This document shows, in pieces, positions 32,328 through 41,173 of a stretch of 44,512 nt of DNA. This stretch comes from Vulcanimicrobiaceae bacterium (lineage in GTDB: Bacteria > Vulcanimicrobiota > Vulcanimicrobiia > Vulcanimicrobiales > Vulcanimicrobiaceae), in the NCBI GenBank assembly GCA_050733775.1, contig JBOHTT010000242.1, positions 1 to 44,512 on the forward strand, written 5' to 3'. The notes beneath the pieces were generated by a model. That model saw only the letters and a program-made list of their open reading frames with translations. It did not search any database and was not told the DNA's origin. Position 1 is the stretch's first letter, and each line of letters begins with the position of its first letter. Both the position numbers and the translations under genes were made by a program.

Positions 32328-33334
32328 TCGTCGATTGTCACGTTCACTTCACCACCGAACCAAAAGCGCTGCTCGACTTTCGGGAACGCCAAATCGCTGC
32401 GTTAAAAGATTCTGCTAAGCCGCCCGATCCGAAGGCCGTCGAGATCACGGACGACGATCTTCGTGCGTGCATAGAACCGGCGCAGCTCAAGGTACAAAGC
32501 GAGCGCGGTATCGACCTCACGCTGCTCTCCCCGCGTGCCTCCGGAATGGGGCACCACATCGGCGATTTCGACACGAGCCTCGCGTGGTCGCGCTTGTGCA
32601 ACGATCTCATCGCCCGCGTGTCGCGGATTTTTCCGGGCCGTTTCGCCGGCGTCTGCCAGTTACCGCAATCGCCCGGCGTTCCACCCGAACGGTGCATCGA
32701 CGAGATCGAACGTTGCGTGCACGAGCTCGGGATCGTCGGTTTCAACCTGAATCCCGATCCGTCCGGTGGCTATTTCAACTCGCCTCCGCTGACCGATAAG
32801 TGGTGGTATCCGATTTACGAGAAGCTCGTCGAGCTCGACGTGCCGGCCATGGTTCATGTGAGCGCGTCGTGCAATCCGGCGCTGCACTTCAGCGGCTCGT
32901 ACTACATCAACGCCGATACCATGGGGTTCGTGCAGCTCATTCTTTCGGATCTCTTCGAGAAATTTCCGAAGCTACGCCTCATCATCCCGCACGGCGGCGG
33001 TGCAGCACCGTTTCATTGGGGGCGCTATCGCGGCATCGCGCTGCAGAGCGGAAAGCCGGAGCTGAGCGAGATCGTCGCGCAAAACATCTTCTTCGATACC
33101 TGCGTCTATCACCAAGCCGGCATCGACCTGCTCACGCAAATCGTTCCCACGGACAACATTCTCTTCGCTTCGGAGCTGATCGGTGCAGTCAAAGGTGTCG
33201 ATCCCGCGACGGGATACTATTTCGACGACACGCGCCGCTACGTCGAAGCAGCCCCGATCACCGACGCGCAGCGAAGGAAGATCTTCGAGCAGAACAGCCG
33301 GCGCGTCTATCCGCGCTTAGGCGCGAAGCCATAA
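32324..33334 (+). CDS. Amidohydrolase_2-family hydratase, 4-oxalomesaconate hydratase (LigJ)-like
   Basis: MIVDCHVHFTT..., DVPAMVHVSASCNP, IIPHGGGAAPFHWGRYRG and FFDTCVYHQAGIDLL agree closely with my recollection of Sphingobium LigJ. ATGA overlap with the aldolase. Confidence 0.7.
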   Translation: MIVDCHVHFTTEPKALLDFRERQIAALKDSAKPPDPKAVEITDDDLRACIEPAQLKVQSERGIDLTLLSPRASGMGHHIGDFDTSLAWSRLCNDLIARVSRIFPGRFAGVCQLPQSPGVPPERCIDEIERCVHELGIVGFNLNPDPSGGYFNSPPLTDKWWYPIYEKLVELDVPAMVHVSASCNPALHFSGSYYINADTMGFVQLILSDLFEKFPKLRLIIPHGGGAAPFHWGRYRGIALQSGKPELSEIVAQNIFFDTCVYHQAGIDLLTQIVPTDNILFASELIGAVKGVDPATGYYFDDTRRYVEAAPITDAQRRKIFEQNSRRVYPRLGAKP

Positions 33335-34069
33335 CGCAACCGAGCTATACGCGGCCATAAGCGAGAAGAGCGTGCGAAGCGCGCGCTCCGGCATGCGGTG
33401 CGCGAGATGCACGCCCCAACCGATCGCGACGATTCCGCCGATCGCGAGCGCGATTCCGGTATGCCATACGACGTCGCCCGCGGCGGCATAGATTCCGAGG
33501 CTTACGAACGTTCCCGGGCCGACGAGCGCGAGCCCGAGTCCTTGCGCTGCCGCTTGCGACACGCCGAAAATCGCAGCAACCAGCGGCACGGCGAAGACTG
33601 CGCCGCCGGTCGAAAACATGCCGGACATGGCGCCGCCCGCCGCACCGATTGCAAGCGCAGCGGGCCAGCGCTCGGGATGCGGTTGCGGCGGAGCGGTGCG
33701 ATGACGCGCGCCGAACGCAAGCCAAAGATAATAGGCGGCAATCACGAGCATGAATACGGCGAAGCTGCGTCGGAGCGGCGTGCTCGCCGTGTGTGTCGCA
33801 ACGTGTGCAGCCAAATACGTGAGCGGCAGGGCGCTAGCGGCGAGCGTCGCCGCGACGCGCAAATCGAGCTTGTTACGGCGAAAATATTGCCAGATCGCGA
33901 TTATCGTGTTCGGGATGATCATCGCAAGCGCAGTTCCCTGCGCGTGCTGTTGATCGAAGTTGTAGACAAAACCCAATACCGGGATGACGAACAGGCCGCC
34001 GCCTAAACCGAAAAGGCCGCCCAAAAAACCTACGGCGACCCCCAGCGCGATATCGAGGAGAAATTGCTC
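33317..34069 (-). CDS. TauE/SafE-family anion exporter (sulfite exporter family)
   Basis: Two-fold repeat of GxxGGxxGxGGG-type helices (GFLGGLFGLGGGLFVIP; AAGGAMSGMFSTGGAVFAVP). No ATG/GTG/TTG lies near the expected N-terminus, so the start (CTG 34069?) is unresolved. Confidence 0.65.
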   Translation of the reverse strand, partial: EQFLLDIALGVAVGFLGGLFGLGGGLFVIPVLGFVYNFDQQHAQGTALAMIIPNTIIAIWQYFRRNKLDLRVAATLAASALPLTYLAAHVATHTASTPLRRSFAVFMLVIAAYYLWLAFGARHRTAPPQPHPERWPAALAIGAAGGAMSGMFSTGGAVFAVPLVAAIFGVSQAAAQGLGLALVGPGTFVSLGIYAAAGDVVWHTGIALAIGGIVAIGWGVHLAHRMPERALRTLFSLMAAYSSVALWLRA

Positions 34070-34074
34070 CAGAT

Positions 34075-34587
34075 TTATGCCCTGGCGCGCTGCGGCAGCT
34101 TCCAGTTGGGCCGCACGAAATGACAGGTGTAGCCGTGAGGATAGCGCTGCAGATAATCCTGATGCTCGGGCTCGGCTTCCCAGAACGGACCCGCGGGCGC
34201 GAGCTCGGTCACGGCCTTGCCGGACCAAATCCCCGACGCGTTCACGTCGGCGATCGTGTCTTCCGCCGTTCGCCGCTGTTCGTCGCTGGTGTAATAGATC
34301 GCCGAACGGTAGCTGGTGCCACGATCGTTGCCTTGACGGTTCAGCGTCGTCGGATCGTGGATTTGAAAAAAGAACTCCAGCAGCTGCCGATAGCTCAGCC
34401 GGCTCGGATCGAAAACGATTTCGATGGCCTCGGCGTGCGTTCCATGATTGCGGTACGTCGCATTTTGGACGTCGCCGCCGGCGTAACCCACGCGCGTCGA
34501 CATCACACCGGGATAGTCACGCAATAGCTCCTGCATCCCCCAGAAGCAACCACCCGCTAAGACTGCGCGTTCAGTATGTGTAGCCAT
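34075..34587 (-). CDS. msrA: Peptide-methionine (S)-S-oxide reductase
   Basis: Active-site GGCFWGMQ. 170 aa. Confidence 0.92.
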   Translation of the reverse strand: MATHTERAVLAGGCFWGMQELLRDYPGVMSTRVGYAGGDVQNATYRNHGTHAEAIEIVFDPSRLSYRQLLEFFFQIHDPTTLNRQGNDRGTSYRSAIYYTSDEQRRTAEDTIADVNASGIWSGKAVTELAPAGPFWEAEPEHQDYLQRYPHGYTCHFVRPNWKLPQRARA

Positions 34588-35062
34588 GTCTTCTCCATCT
34601 TCTACGCCGGCTGCAGATCATCGTTATCTAGAAGACTTCTCGGTCGGTGAAAGTTTCACGACCGCGGAGGCAACGCTCACGCGCGAGGAATGCCTCGCCT
34701 TTGCGGAGCGCTACGATCCCCAACCGTTTCATCTCGACGATGAGGCGGCGAAGCAGAGTCTGTTCAAGCGGCTTTCCGCGAGCGCGTGGTTGACGCTCGC
34801 CGTCGCAATGCGCCTCATCGTGAAATCGGGATTCTTGCACCACAGCGGCATCGTCGGCGCAGGCGCGGACGAGCTGCGTTTTCTCGCGCCGGTTTATCCC
34901 GGCGATACGCTGCGCGTCGAAAGCGAGATCGTGGAGTTGTTACCCGCGCCGAGCGGAAAGCGCTTTGGGCGCATGCGCGTGCAAAATCGCGTTCTCAATC
35001 AGGACGGCGTTTGCGTCGTCAGCTTCATGCCGAATCTGACGGTGCCTATGCGACCCGGCTAG
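34586..35062 (+). CDS. MaoC-like (R)-hydratase / hotdog-fold dehydratase
   Basis: [13 protein letters not shown]..., YDPQPFHLD and [13 protein letters not shown] fit the MaoC_dehydratase pattern. Confidence 0.75.
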   Translation: MSSPSSTPAADHRYLEDFSVGESFTTAEATLTREECLAFAERYDPQPFHLDDEAAKQSLFKRLSASAWLTLAVAMRLIVKSGFLHHSGIVGAGADELRFLAPVYPGDTLRVESEIVELLPAPSGKRFGRMRVQNRVLNQDGVCVVSFMPNLTVPMRPG

Positions 35063-35111
35063 CTACGGTCTTGCAGGCGAAGGCGGGATGTGACGAGTAG
35101 CCTGCGGCTCA

Positions 35112-35852
35112 GTGTCCATCATCGAATTCGCGGCCGTAAATAAGTGGTTTGGGCGCAATCATGTCCTGATCGATATCGATCTTTCAGTCGAGAAGGGCGA
35201 GGTCGTGTGCGTGATCGGACCGTCGGGATCCGGAAAGAGCACGCTCATTCGCTGCATCAACCGCCTGGAACCGATTCAATCCGGGCGGCTTACCGTTGAC
35301 GGTAAAGAGGTAAGCGACAAGAGCACCGACATCGGGGCCGTGCGCGCCGACGTCGGGATGGTGTTCCAAGGCTTCCACCTCTACCCCCATATGACGGCGC
35401 TGCAAAACGTCACGCTTGCTCCGATCAACGTGAAGCACGCCCCGAAAGCTGAAGCCGACAAAGCGGGCCGTGAGATTCTCGCGCGTGTCGGGCTCGCAGA
35501 CAAGGAGACGTCCTACCCGGCGCAGCTCTCCGGAGGGCAGCAGCAACGCGTCGCGATTGCGAGAGCGCTGGCGATGCAGCCGAAGATTCTGCTTTTCGAT
35601 GAGCCGACGAGCGCTCTCGATCCCGAGATGATCAAGGAGGTCCTTGACGTCATGGCCGCGCTCGCGACGACGGGAATCACGATGATCGTCGTAACCCACG
35701 AGATGGGCTTCGCTCGGAGCGTCGGTCATCGCGTCATCTTTATGGATGGCGGTCGCATCGTCGAATCGGGTCCACCAGAACACTTCTTCAAGAACCCGGA
35801 GAGCGATCGTACCAAGATGTTCCTCTCCAAGATTTTAGCCCACCACGTCTAA
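35112..35852 (+). CDS. glnQ: Polar amino-acid ABC transporter ATP-binding protein
   Basis: Walker [10 protein letters not shown], signature [15 protein letters not shown], Walker [15 protein letters not shown] start. Confidence 0.9.
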   Translation: MSIIEFAAVNKWFGRNHVLIDIDLSVEKGEVVCVIGPSGSGKSTLIRCINRLEPIQSGRLTVDGKEVSDKSTDIGAVRADVGMVFQGFHLYPHMTALQNVTLAPINVKHAPKAEADKAGREILARVGLADKETSYPAQLSGGQQQRVAIARALAMQPKILLFDEPTSALDPEMIKEVLDVMAALATTGITMIVVTHEMGFARSVGHRVIFMDGGRIVESGPPEHFFKNPESDRTKMFLSKILAHHV

Positions 35853-35862
35853 GGAGAACCGT

Positions 35863-36738
35863 ATGAAGAACGCTCTTACACGACGCACGTATCTTGCGCT
35901 TGCCGGAGGCGCAGCCGCTGCAACGTTGATTCCAACCGCCGCCTTCGCTGACAGTACGCTCGCCGCCATTAAGCAGCGCGGGATGCTCAAGATGGGCGTA
36001 AAGTACGACAACCCGGGATTCGGCTACCTCAAGCCGGGCGAGAGTGAGCCGACGGGTTTTGAAATCGATCTCGCGCACGAAATCACGAAGCGCATACTCG
36101 GCGACCCGAAGAAGGTCCAGTTCACGCAAGTCATCACGTCAAATCGTATCCCCATGGTGCAAAACGGGGACATCGATATGTTCATCGCGACGGCGACGAT
36201 CACGCCGCCGCGCTTGAAGCAGATCGCATTCTCGAACGTCTATTACTCGGCCGGACAATCGCTGCTGGTAAAATCGAGCTCGCCGATCAAGAGCTACAAA
36301 GATCTCGACGGTAAGTCCGTATGCACCGCGAAAGGCTCGACTCCCGAGCAGACGATCCAGAAGCTCGTCCCCAGCGTGCACGTGCAGACGTTCGACGGTT
36401 ACACGCCCTGCTATCAGGCATTGCTCGACGGTCGCACCGATGCAATCACGACCGACAACACGATCCTGATCGGGTTCCAGGACCAAAACCCGAAGGAGCT
36501 CAAGATGGTCGGCGGATTGTTCACGTTCGAGCCCTACGGAATCGGGATCGCGTTGGGCAACGACACGCTGCTGAAGGCGGTCAACGACGCACTCGTCTCG
36601 ATCGGCAACGACGGCACGTTTGCGAAGATCCACCAGAAGTGGCTGCACGAACCGCTGCCTTCGAACTGGAAGACCTGGTACTGCATGCCCGCAGAAAAAG
36701 CGGCGGAGGAATTCGCCAACCAGCCTGCGCGCAAGTAA
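35863..36738 (+). CDS. Polar amino-acid ABC substrate-binding protein (family 3)
   Basis: AAGGAG RBS and a signal peptide ending AAFA. GVKYDNPGFGY and GFEIDLA fit SBP_bac_3. Confidence 0.85.
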   Translation: MKNALTRRTYLALAGGAAAATLIPTAAFADSTLAAIKQRGMLKMGVKYDNPGFGYLKPGESEPTGFEIDLAHEITKRILGDPKKVQFTQVITSNRIPMVQNGDIDMFIATATITPPRLKQIAFSNVYYSAGQSLLVKSSSPIKSYKDLDGKSVCTAKGSTPEQTIQKLVPSVHVQTFDGYTPCYQALLDGRTDAITTDNTILIGFQDQNPKELKMVGGLFTFEPYGIGIALGNDTLLKAVNDALVSIGNDGTFAKIHQKWLHEPLPSNWKTWYCMPAEKAAEEFANQPARK

Positions 36739-36768
36739 GAGAAGCCGAACGAGGAGCTAGTCGAAGCG

Positions 36769-37431
36769 ATGGACTGGGGACTCCTGGGCCAAAACTGGAG
36801 ACTGCTCCTCTCCGGACTTCAAATTACGATCGAAGTCTCGGCGTGCGCGTTCGTGCTTGCGTTCGCGCTCGGGACGGTCATCGCGACGTTGCGGTTTGCG
36901 CCAAACCGTTTACTTCAAGCAGTGGGAACGGCGTACGTTGAGTTCGTTCGCAACGTACCGTTGCTCTTACAAATCTTCTTCTTCTATTTCGGACTGCCGT
37001 CGATCGGCATCCGCTTCACCGCCTTCGAATGCGGATTTCTCGGGCTCGGCATCTACACTGCCGCATTTATCGCCGAGACGATTCGCGGCGGAATTCTCTC
37101 TATCCATCGCGGGCAGATGGAAGCCGCGCTGGCTTCGGGCATGAGCTACACGATGGCGATGAGGCTCGTCATCTTGCCGCAAGCATTCCGTGCCGTAATT
37201 CCACCGCTCGGAAATCAGACGCTCAACCTCATCAAGAACAGCGCGCTGGTGAGTACGATCGCGGTTTACGACGTCTTACATGCTGCGGATACGATCGGTT
37301 CGCAAACGTTTGCCTACAGCACCGCATATACCGGCGCGGCGATAATGTATCTGATCTTGACGTTGCCGTCCGCCTATTTCGTCAACCGGCTCGAACGCCG
37401 TATGAAAACCGCCGCGCTGCAAGTCGTATGA
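36769..37431 (+). CDS. Polar amino-acid ABC permease (His/Glu/Gln/Arg/opine family)
   Basis: Contains the EAA-loop region (GQMEAALASGMSYTMAMRLVILPQA). Confidence 0.85.
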   Translation: MDWGLLGQNWRLLLSGLQITIEVSACAFVLAFALGTVIATLRFAPNRLLQAVGTAYVEFVRNVPLLLQIFFFYFGLPSIGIRFTAFECGFLGLGIYTAAFIAETIRGGILSIHRGQMEAALASGMSYTMAMRLVILPQAFRAVIPPLGNQTLNLIKNSALVSTIAVYDVLHAADTIGSQTFAYSTAYTGAAIMYLILTLPSAYFVNRLERRMKTAALQVV

Positions 37432-38072
37432 GCTGGCTCTTCAACGCCCCGACCATTATTTTTCTCTTAGGCGGCCTGGGCGTTACGATCAAGCTCGCCG
37501 CCATCGCGATTGCGATCTCGTTCATCGTCGGCATACTTCTCGCGCTCGCCCGTCTGTCGAAGCATCCGTGGGTTCACTGGCCGGCGACGGTTTATATCGA
37601 GGGCATGCGAGCCCTGCCGATGCTGCTCGTGATCGTGTATGTCTACTTCGTCATTCCGCGCGCCGTCGGCCTCAAGCTCACGCCGTTCGCTGCGGGCATC
37701 ATCGCGATGTCTGCGTTCGAAGCGTCCCTCATCGCCGAAGTCGTGCGGTCGGGAATCTTAGCGGTGCCCCGCGGGATCGTTGAAGCTGCGGAATCGCAAG
37801 GGCTTCGTGGAACGACGATCATGCGACTCATCGTCCTCCCGATCGCGCTGCGAAACATGATGCCGGCAATCGTGGCGCAGTTCGTGTCCCTGCTCAAAGA
37901 TACGTCGCTCACCGCGATCATCACGATTCCGGAGCTCCTCGGCCGCGGTCAGATCGTCTATGCGGCTCCGCCGTTCAAGCCGTTGCCGGTCTTTGCGCTG
38001 GTCGCGGTTATGTATTTCGTCGTGAACTACGTGCTCGGCCAAGCCGGCCGCCGCCTCGAAGCAAGAACGTAA
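37428..38072 (+). CDS. Polar amino-acid ABC permease, second subunit
   Basis: ATGA overlap with the previous permease. GIVEAAESQGLRGTTIMRLIVLPIA. Confidence 0.85.
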   Translation: MSWLFNAPTIIFLLGGLGVTIKLAAIAIAISFIVGILLALARLSKHPWVHWPATVYIEGMRALPMLLVIVYVYFVIPRAVGLKLTPFAAGIIAMSAFEASLIAEVVRSGILAVPRGIVEAAESQGLRGTTIMRLIVLPIALRNMMPAIVAQFVSLLKDTSLTAIITIPELLGRGQIVYAAPPFKPLPVFALVAVMYFVVNYVLGQAGRRLEART

Positions 38073-38134
38073 CCCACAACACGGTCGGCCTCGCCCGGCG
38101 GGGGTCGCAAACGCGGAGGTGAACATGGCAAGTA

Positions 38135-38509
38135 ATGCCCGACGCGTCTATCGGAAAGCGCATCCTCATCGTCGACGACGCTAGTACGACGCGCGTTCTG
38201 CTGCGCAGGCTGCTGGACGCGCAGGGTTTCATATGCCTTGAAGCTTCCAGCGGCGAACAGGCCGTCAAAGTTTTCCACGAGCAGCGCCCCGATCTCGTGA
38301 CGCTGGACATCCACATGGACCAGCTTTCCGGGATGGGGGTCATCCAAGTCTTGCTCAAGATCGATCCCAAGACCAGAATCGTCGTTATCACTTCTGAAAC
38401 CGAAAAGAGAATCATCGACCAGCTCTACAAGATGGGCGTCAAAGAGGTCGTGAACAAGCCGTTCCAGAGCGAGCGTTTTCATGAGGCTATCGCGCACGCA
38501 CTCGAGTAG
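38135..38509 (+). CDS. Stand-alone CheY-like receiver protein
   Basis: RILIVDDAS, DLVTLDIHMD and NKPF give the acidic pocket, phospho-Asp and Lys. 124 aa with no output domain. Confidence 0.85.
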   Translation: MPDASIGKRILIVDDASTTRVLLRRLLDAQGFICLEASSGEQAVKVFHEQRPDLVTLDIHMDQLSGMGVIQVLLKIDPKTRIVVITSETEKRIIDQLYKMGVKEVVNKPFQSERFHEAIAHALE

Positions 38510-39287
38510 CGTAAAGATTGCTTTTTCCGGCGTGCAGAAACTCTATGAAGTCAAGCACGCGGCGGGCGGAAACACGCTGGCTCTCGACCATCTCGATTTG
38601 GAGATCGGCGCTTCCGAGATCGTCTCGATCGTCGGGCCGACCGGTTGCGGAAAATCGAGCGCGCTCAATCTGGTCGCAGGCTTCGAGCGCGCGTCGGCCG
38701 GCAGCGTTACGGTCGACGGAATGCCGGTCTCAGGTACCGGTGGAAATCGCGCTGTCGTCTTTCAACAAGCGTCGCTCTATCCGTGGCTCACGGTACTCGA
38801 CAACGTAACCCTTGGACTGAAATGCCACGGGGTCGCGCGCGACGAATACGAGCCGAAAGCGTTGCATCTTCTCCAAGAAGTCGGCCTGGCAGGCTTTGAG
38901 AAACATTTCCCCTACCAGCTTTCCGGCGGCATGCAGCAGCGCACGCAAATCGCCCGCGCACTGATCGGCCAACCCGAGATTCTGCTGATGGACGAACCGT
39001 TCGGCGCGCTCGACTATCAGACGCGTCTTCTCATGCAGAAGCTCCTGCTCAAGCTTTGGGGATATTTCAAGCCGACGATCCTCTTCATCACGCACGACGT
39101 GGGTGAAGCGATCTTCATCTCGGATCGGGTGGCCGTCATGACGCGCAGACCCGGACGCGTGAAGCTCGTGGTCGAGGTTCGTGCGCCCAAACCGCGCGAT
39201 TACGAATATCTTGCGTCGTCTGAATTCACGACGCTCGAGCACGAGCTGATCCTCGCGGTACAAAGCGAGGTCGCGTCGGTCGCATGA
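38481..39287 (+). CDS. ABC transporter ATP-binding protein (NitT/TauT family)
   Basis: Walker A GPTGCGKS, signature LSGGMQQR, Walker B LLMDEPF. The ATG start overlaps the CheY gene by 29 nt. Confidence 0.85.
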   Translation: MRLSRTHSSSVKIAFSGVQKLYEVKHAAGGNTLALDHLDLEIGASEIVSIVGPTGCGKSSALNLVAGFERASAGSVTVDGMPVSGTGGNRAVVFQQASLYPWLTVLDNVTLGLKCHGVARDEYEPKALHLLQEVGLAGFEKHFPYQLSGGMQQRTQIARALIGQPEILLMDEPFGALDYQTRLLMQKLLLKLWGYFKPTILFITHDVGEAIFISDRVAVMTRRPGRVKLVVEVRAPKPRDYEYLASSEFTTLEHELILAVQSEVASVA

Positions 39288-40111
39288 TTACGAACCTCGA
39301 AGCCACCGTTGAGGTCGCGCCGCCGAGGCCGAGTCGCACGCGCGACGCGCGCATCCCCGACGTCGCGTATTCCGCCGGTGCGATCGCCGTACTACTTCTC
39401 ATCTGGATCGCCGGGTGGAAGACGCAGCTCATCAACGCGCAATATTTTCCGACACCGCCGGGTCTTTGGTCCGCATGGACCGAGCTGGTGCGGAACGGTT
39501 ACTCCGGCCATCCGCTGTGGCAGCACATCTCGATCAGCCTCTTTCGCACGCTGATCGGCTTCGTCATCGGCGTGGCGATCGGCGTGCCGGTAGGATTGCT
39601 TGCAGGCTATCAGCGCCAATCCGGAGCCATCATCTCCCCGATCATGGCGTTCATTCGCCCGATCCCGCCGATTGCGTTCATTCCGATGAGCGTGCTGTAT
39701 TTCGGCCTTGGCGAAGTCGGCAAAATCGTGCTCATCGTCTTCGTCTCGTTTAACTACGTTCAGGCAAACGCTCAAGCCGGCGCTGCGAACGTCTCGATCA
39801 TCTACTTGCGCGCAGCGGAGTCGCTCGGGCTCTCCCGCCTGCAGACGTTCTTCCGCATCGTTCTGCCCGCAGCACTGCCGCAGATTTTCACCGGTCTGAA
39901 GGTCGCGCTGGCGCTCAGCTGGGCGGTCGTCGTCGCGGCAGAGCTCGTCGGCGCACAGATGGGCCTTGGGTTCATGATCGCGGATGCTGCGCAGCTGTTC
40001 AGGATTTCCGTCGTCTACATCGGTATCATTTTGATCGGGGCCATTGGCCTCTTGATGAATATGTCACTGAGCTTCATAGAGAACCAAGTCGTACACTGGC
40101 GAGGCCATTAG
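39284..40111 (+). CDS. ABC transporter permease (NitT/TauT family)
   Basis: ATGA overlap with the ATPase. Polytopic, with the EAA-type loop AAESLGLSRLQTFFRIVLPAA. Confidence 0.85.
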   Translation: MITNLEATVEVAPPRPSRTRDARIPDVAYSAGAIAVLLLIWIAGWKTQLINAQYFPTPPGLWSAWTELVRNGYSGHPLWQHISISLFRTLIGFVIGVAIGVPVGLLAGYQRQSGAIISPIMAFIRPIPPIAFIPMSVLYFGLGEVGKIVLIVFVSFNYVQANAQAGAANVSIIYLRAAESLGLSRLQTFFRIVLPAALPQIFTGLKVALALSWAVVVAAELVGAQMGLGFMIADAAQLFRISVVYIGIILIGAIGLLMNMSLSFIENQVVHWRGH

Positions 40112-40117
40112 GAGGTA

Positions 40118-41173
40118 ATGATGCGTCGGGTTGCATTGTTTGCCGCACTTTTCTCACTGCTCATTTCTGCTGGGCCGCCGGTTGCAGCGCAGCAGACCAT
40201 GCTGGACTTCAACTACGGTATCCCTAACTCGGATCAGACCGCGATTTACGTCGCGCAAGATCTCGACCTATACGGCAAAGTCGGGCTTCGGCCGAATTTC
40301 TATCTCTTCCAGTCGGGTGCACCGCTTCTGGCGGGCCTCAAGAGCGAAAGCATCGACGTCACGACGACCGGCCTAGCCATCATGTTTGCGCTCGGCCAAC
40401 ACATTCCGTTGAAGATGCTGTTTTGGTCGGCAAACGACGGCGGTGCAGAGGGTCTCGTCGTCAATCCTAAGAGCGGCATCAAATCCTATAAGGATATCGT
40501 CTCGGGAACGCGCATCGCCGCCGCATCCGGAACCTGCGCGCAAGTCGCGCTCTACATGATCTCCAAAAAGCTCGGCATCGACTACGCAAAACTAAACGTT
40601 ACGAATATTCCGGCGCCGCTTTTCCACAACGCGTTCTTGAGCAATTCGATCGACGCGGGCATTGCCTGGTCGCCGTATTCATTTGCGCTGAAAGAGGACG
40701 GCTTTCCCATCGTGCAGTTCGATCCGGCGTACACGGTGCCCGGTGGCGATTGTCCGCGCACGACGGCGGTGCGGCCGGCATTCCTTAGCGCGCACCCCGA
40801 AATTGCAACGAAGCTGATCGAAGTCGAAGTCCTTGCGATGGAGGCGATCAAGAAGAATCCGCAGCTTGCGATAAACGCGCTCATGAAGCATCTCTCGCTG
40901 ACCGAGAGCGTTGCGCGCGCCGATTACGAGAACAACTACCTCAAGCGCCCGACGTTTGAAGAGCAGGTTTCGCCGTCATCGCCGTTTTCGATGACCGCCA
41001 AAGACGGAGGTTTAGCGAAGAAACTCTTTCTCGCCGGTCAAGCGCTTTACGAGGCTAAAAGCATCCCCGAGCCCGTTCCGATGAGCGTCATCCAAGACTC
41101 GATCGACGCGTCGTTTCTCATCGCGTACGAGAAGTCACACAAGCGTCTCGTGCTTGGGAAGCCAGCGCGCTAG
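40118..41173 (+). CDS. ABC substrate-binding protein (NMT1/SsuA-like)
   Basis: GGAGG RBS at 40111-40115 and signal peptide MMRRVALFAALFSLLISAGPPVAA. Last gene of the ABC operon. Confidence 0.75.
   Translation: MMRRVALFAALFSLLISAGPPVAAQQTMLDFNYGIPNSDQTAIYVAQDLDLYGKVGLRPNFYLFQSGAPLLAGLKSESIDVTTTGLAIMFALGQHIPLKMLFWSANDGGAEGLVVNPKSGIKSYKDIVSGTRIAAASGTCAQVALYMISKKLGIDYAKLNVTNIPAPLFHNAFLSNSIDAGIAWSPYSFALKEDGFPIVQFDPAYTVPGGDCPRTTAVRPAFLSAHPEIATKLIEVEVLAMEAIKKNPQLAINALMKHLSLTESVARADYENNYLKRPTFEEQVSPSSPFSMTAKDGGLAKKLFLAGQALYEAKSIPEPVPMSVIQDSIDASFLIAYEKSHKRLVLGKPAR

Noticed and set aside
38125-38184. 19-codon upstream ORF (MASNARRVYRKAHPHRRRR) starting 5 nt after a GGAGGT and overlapping the CheY start
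   Set aside because: It is very short and Arg-rich, as expected for an out-of-frame reading of GC-rich coding DNA. It is noted only because the SD spacing favours it slightly over the CheY ATG, and there is no other support.
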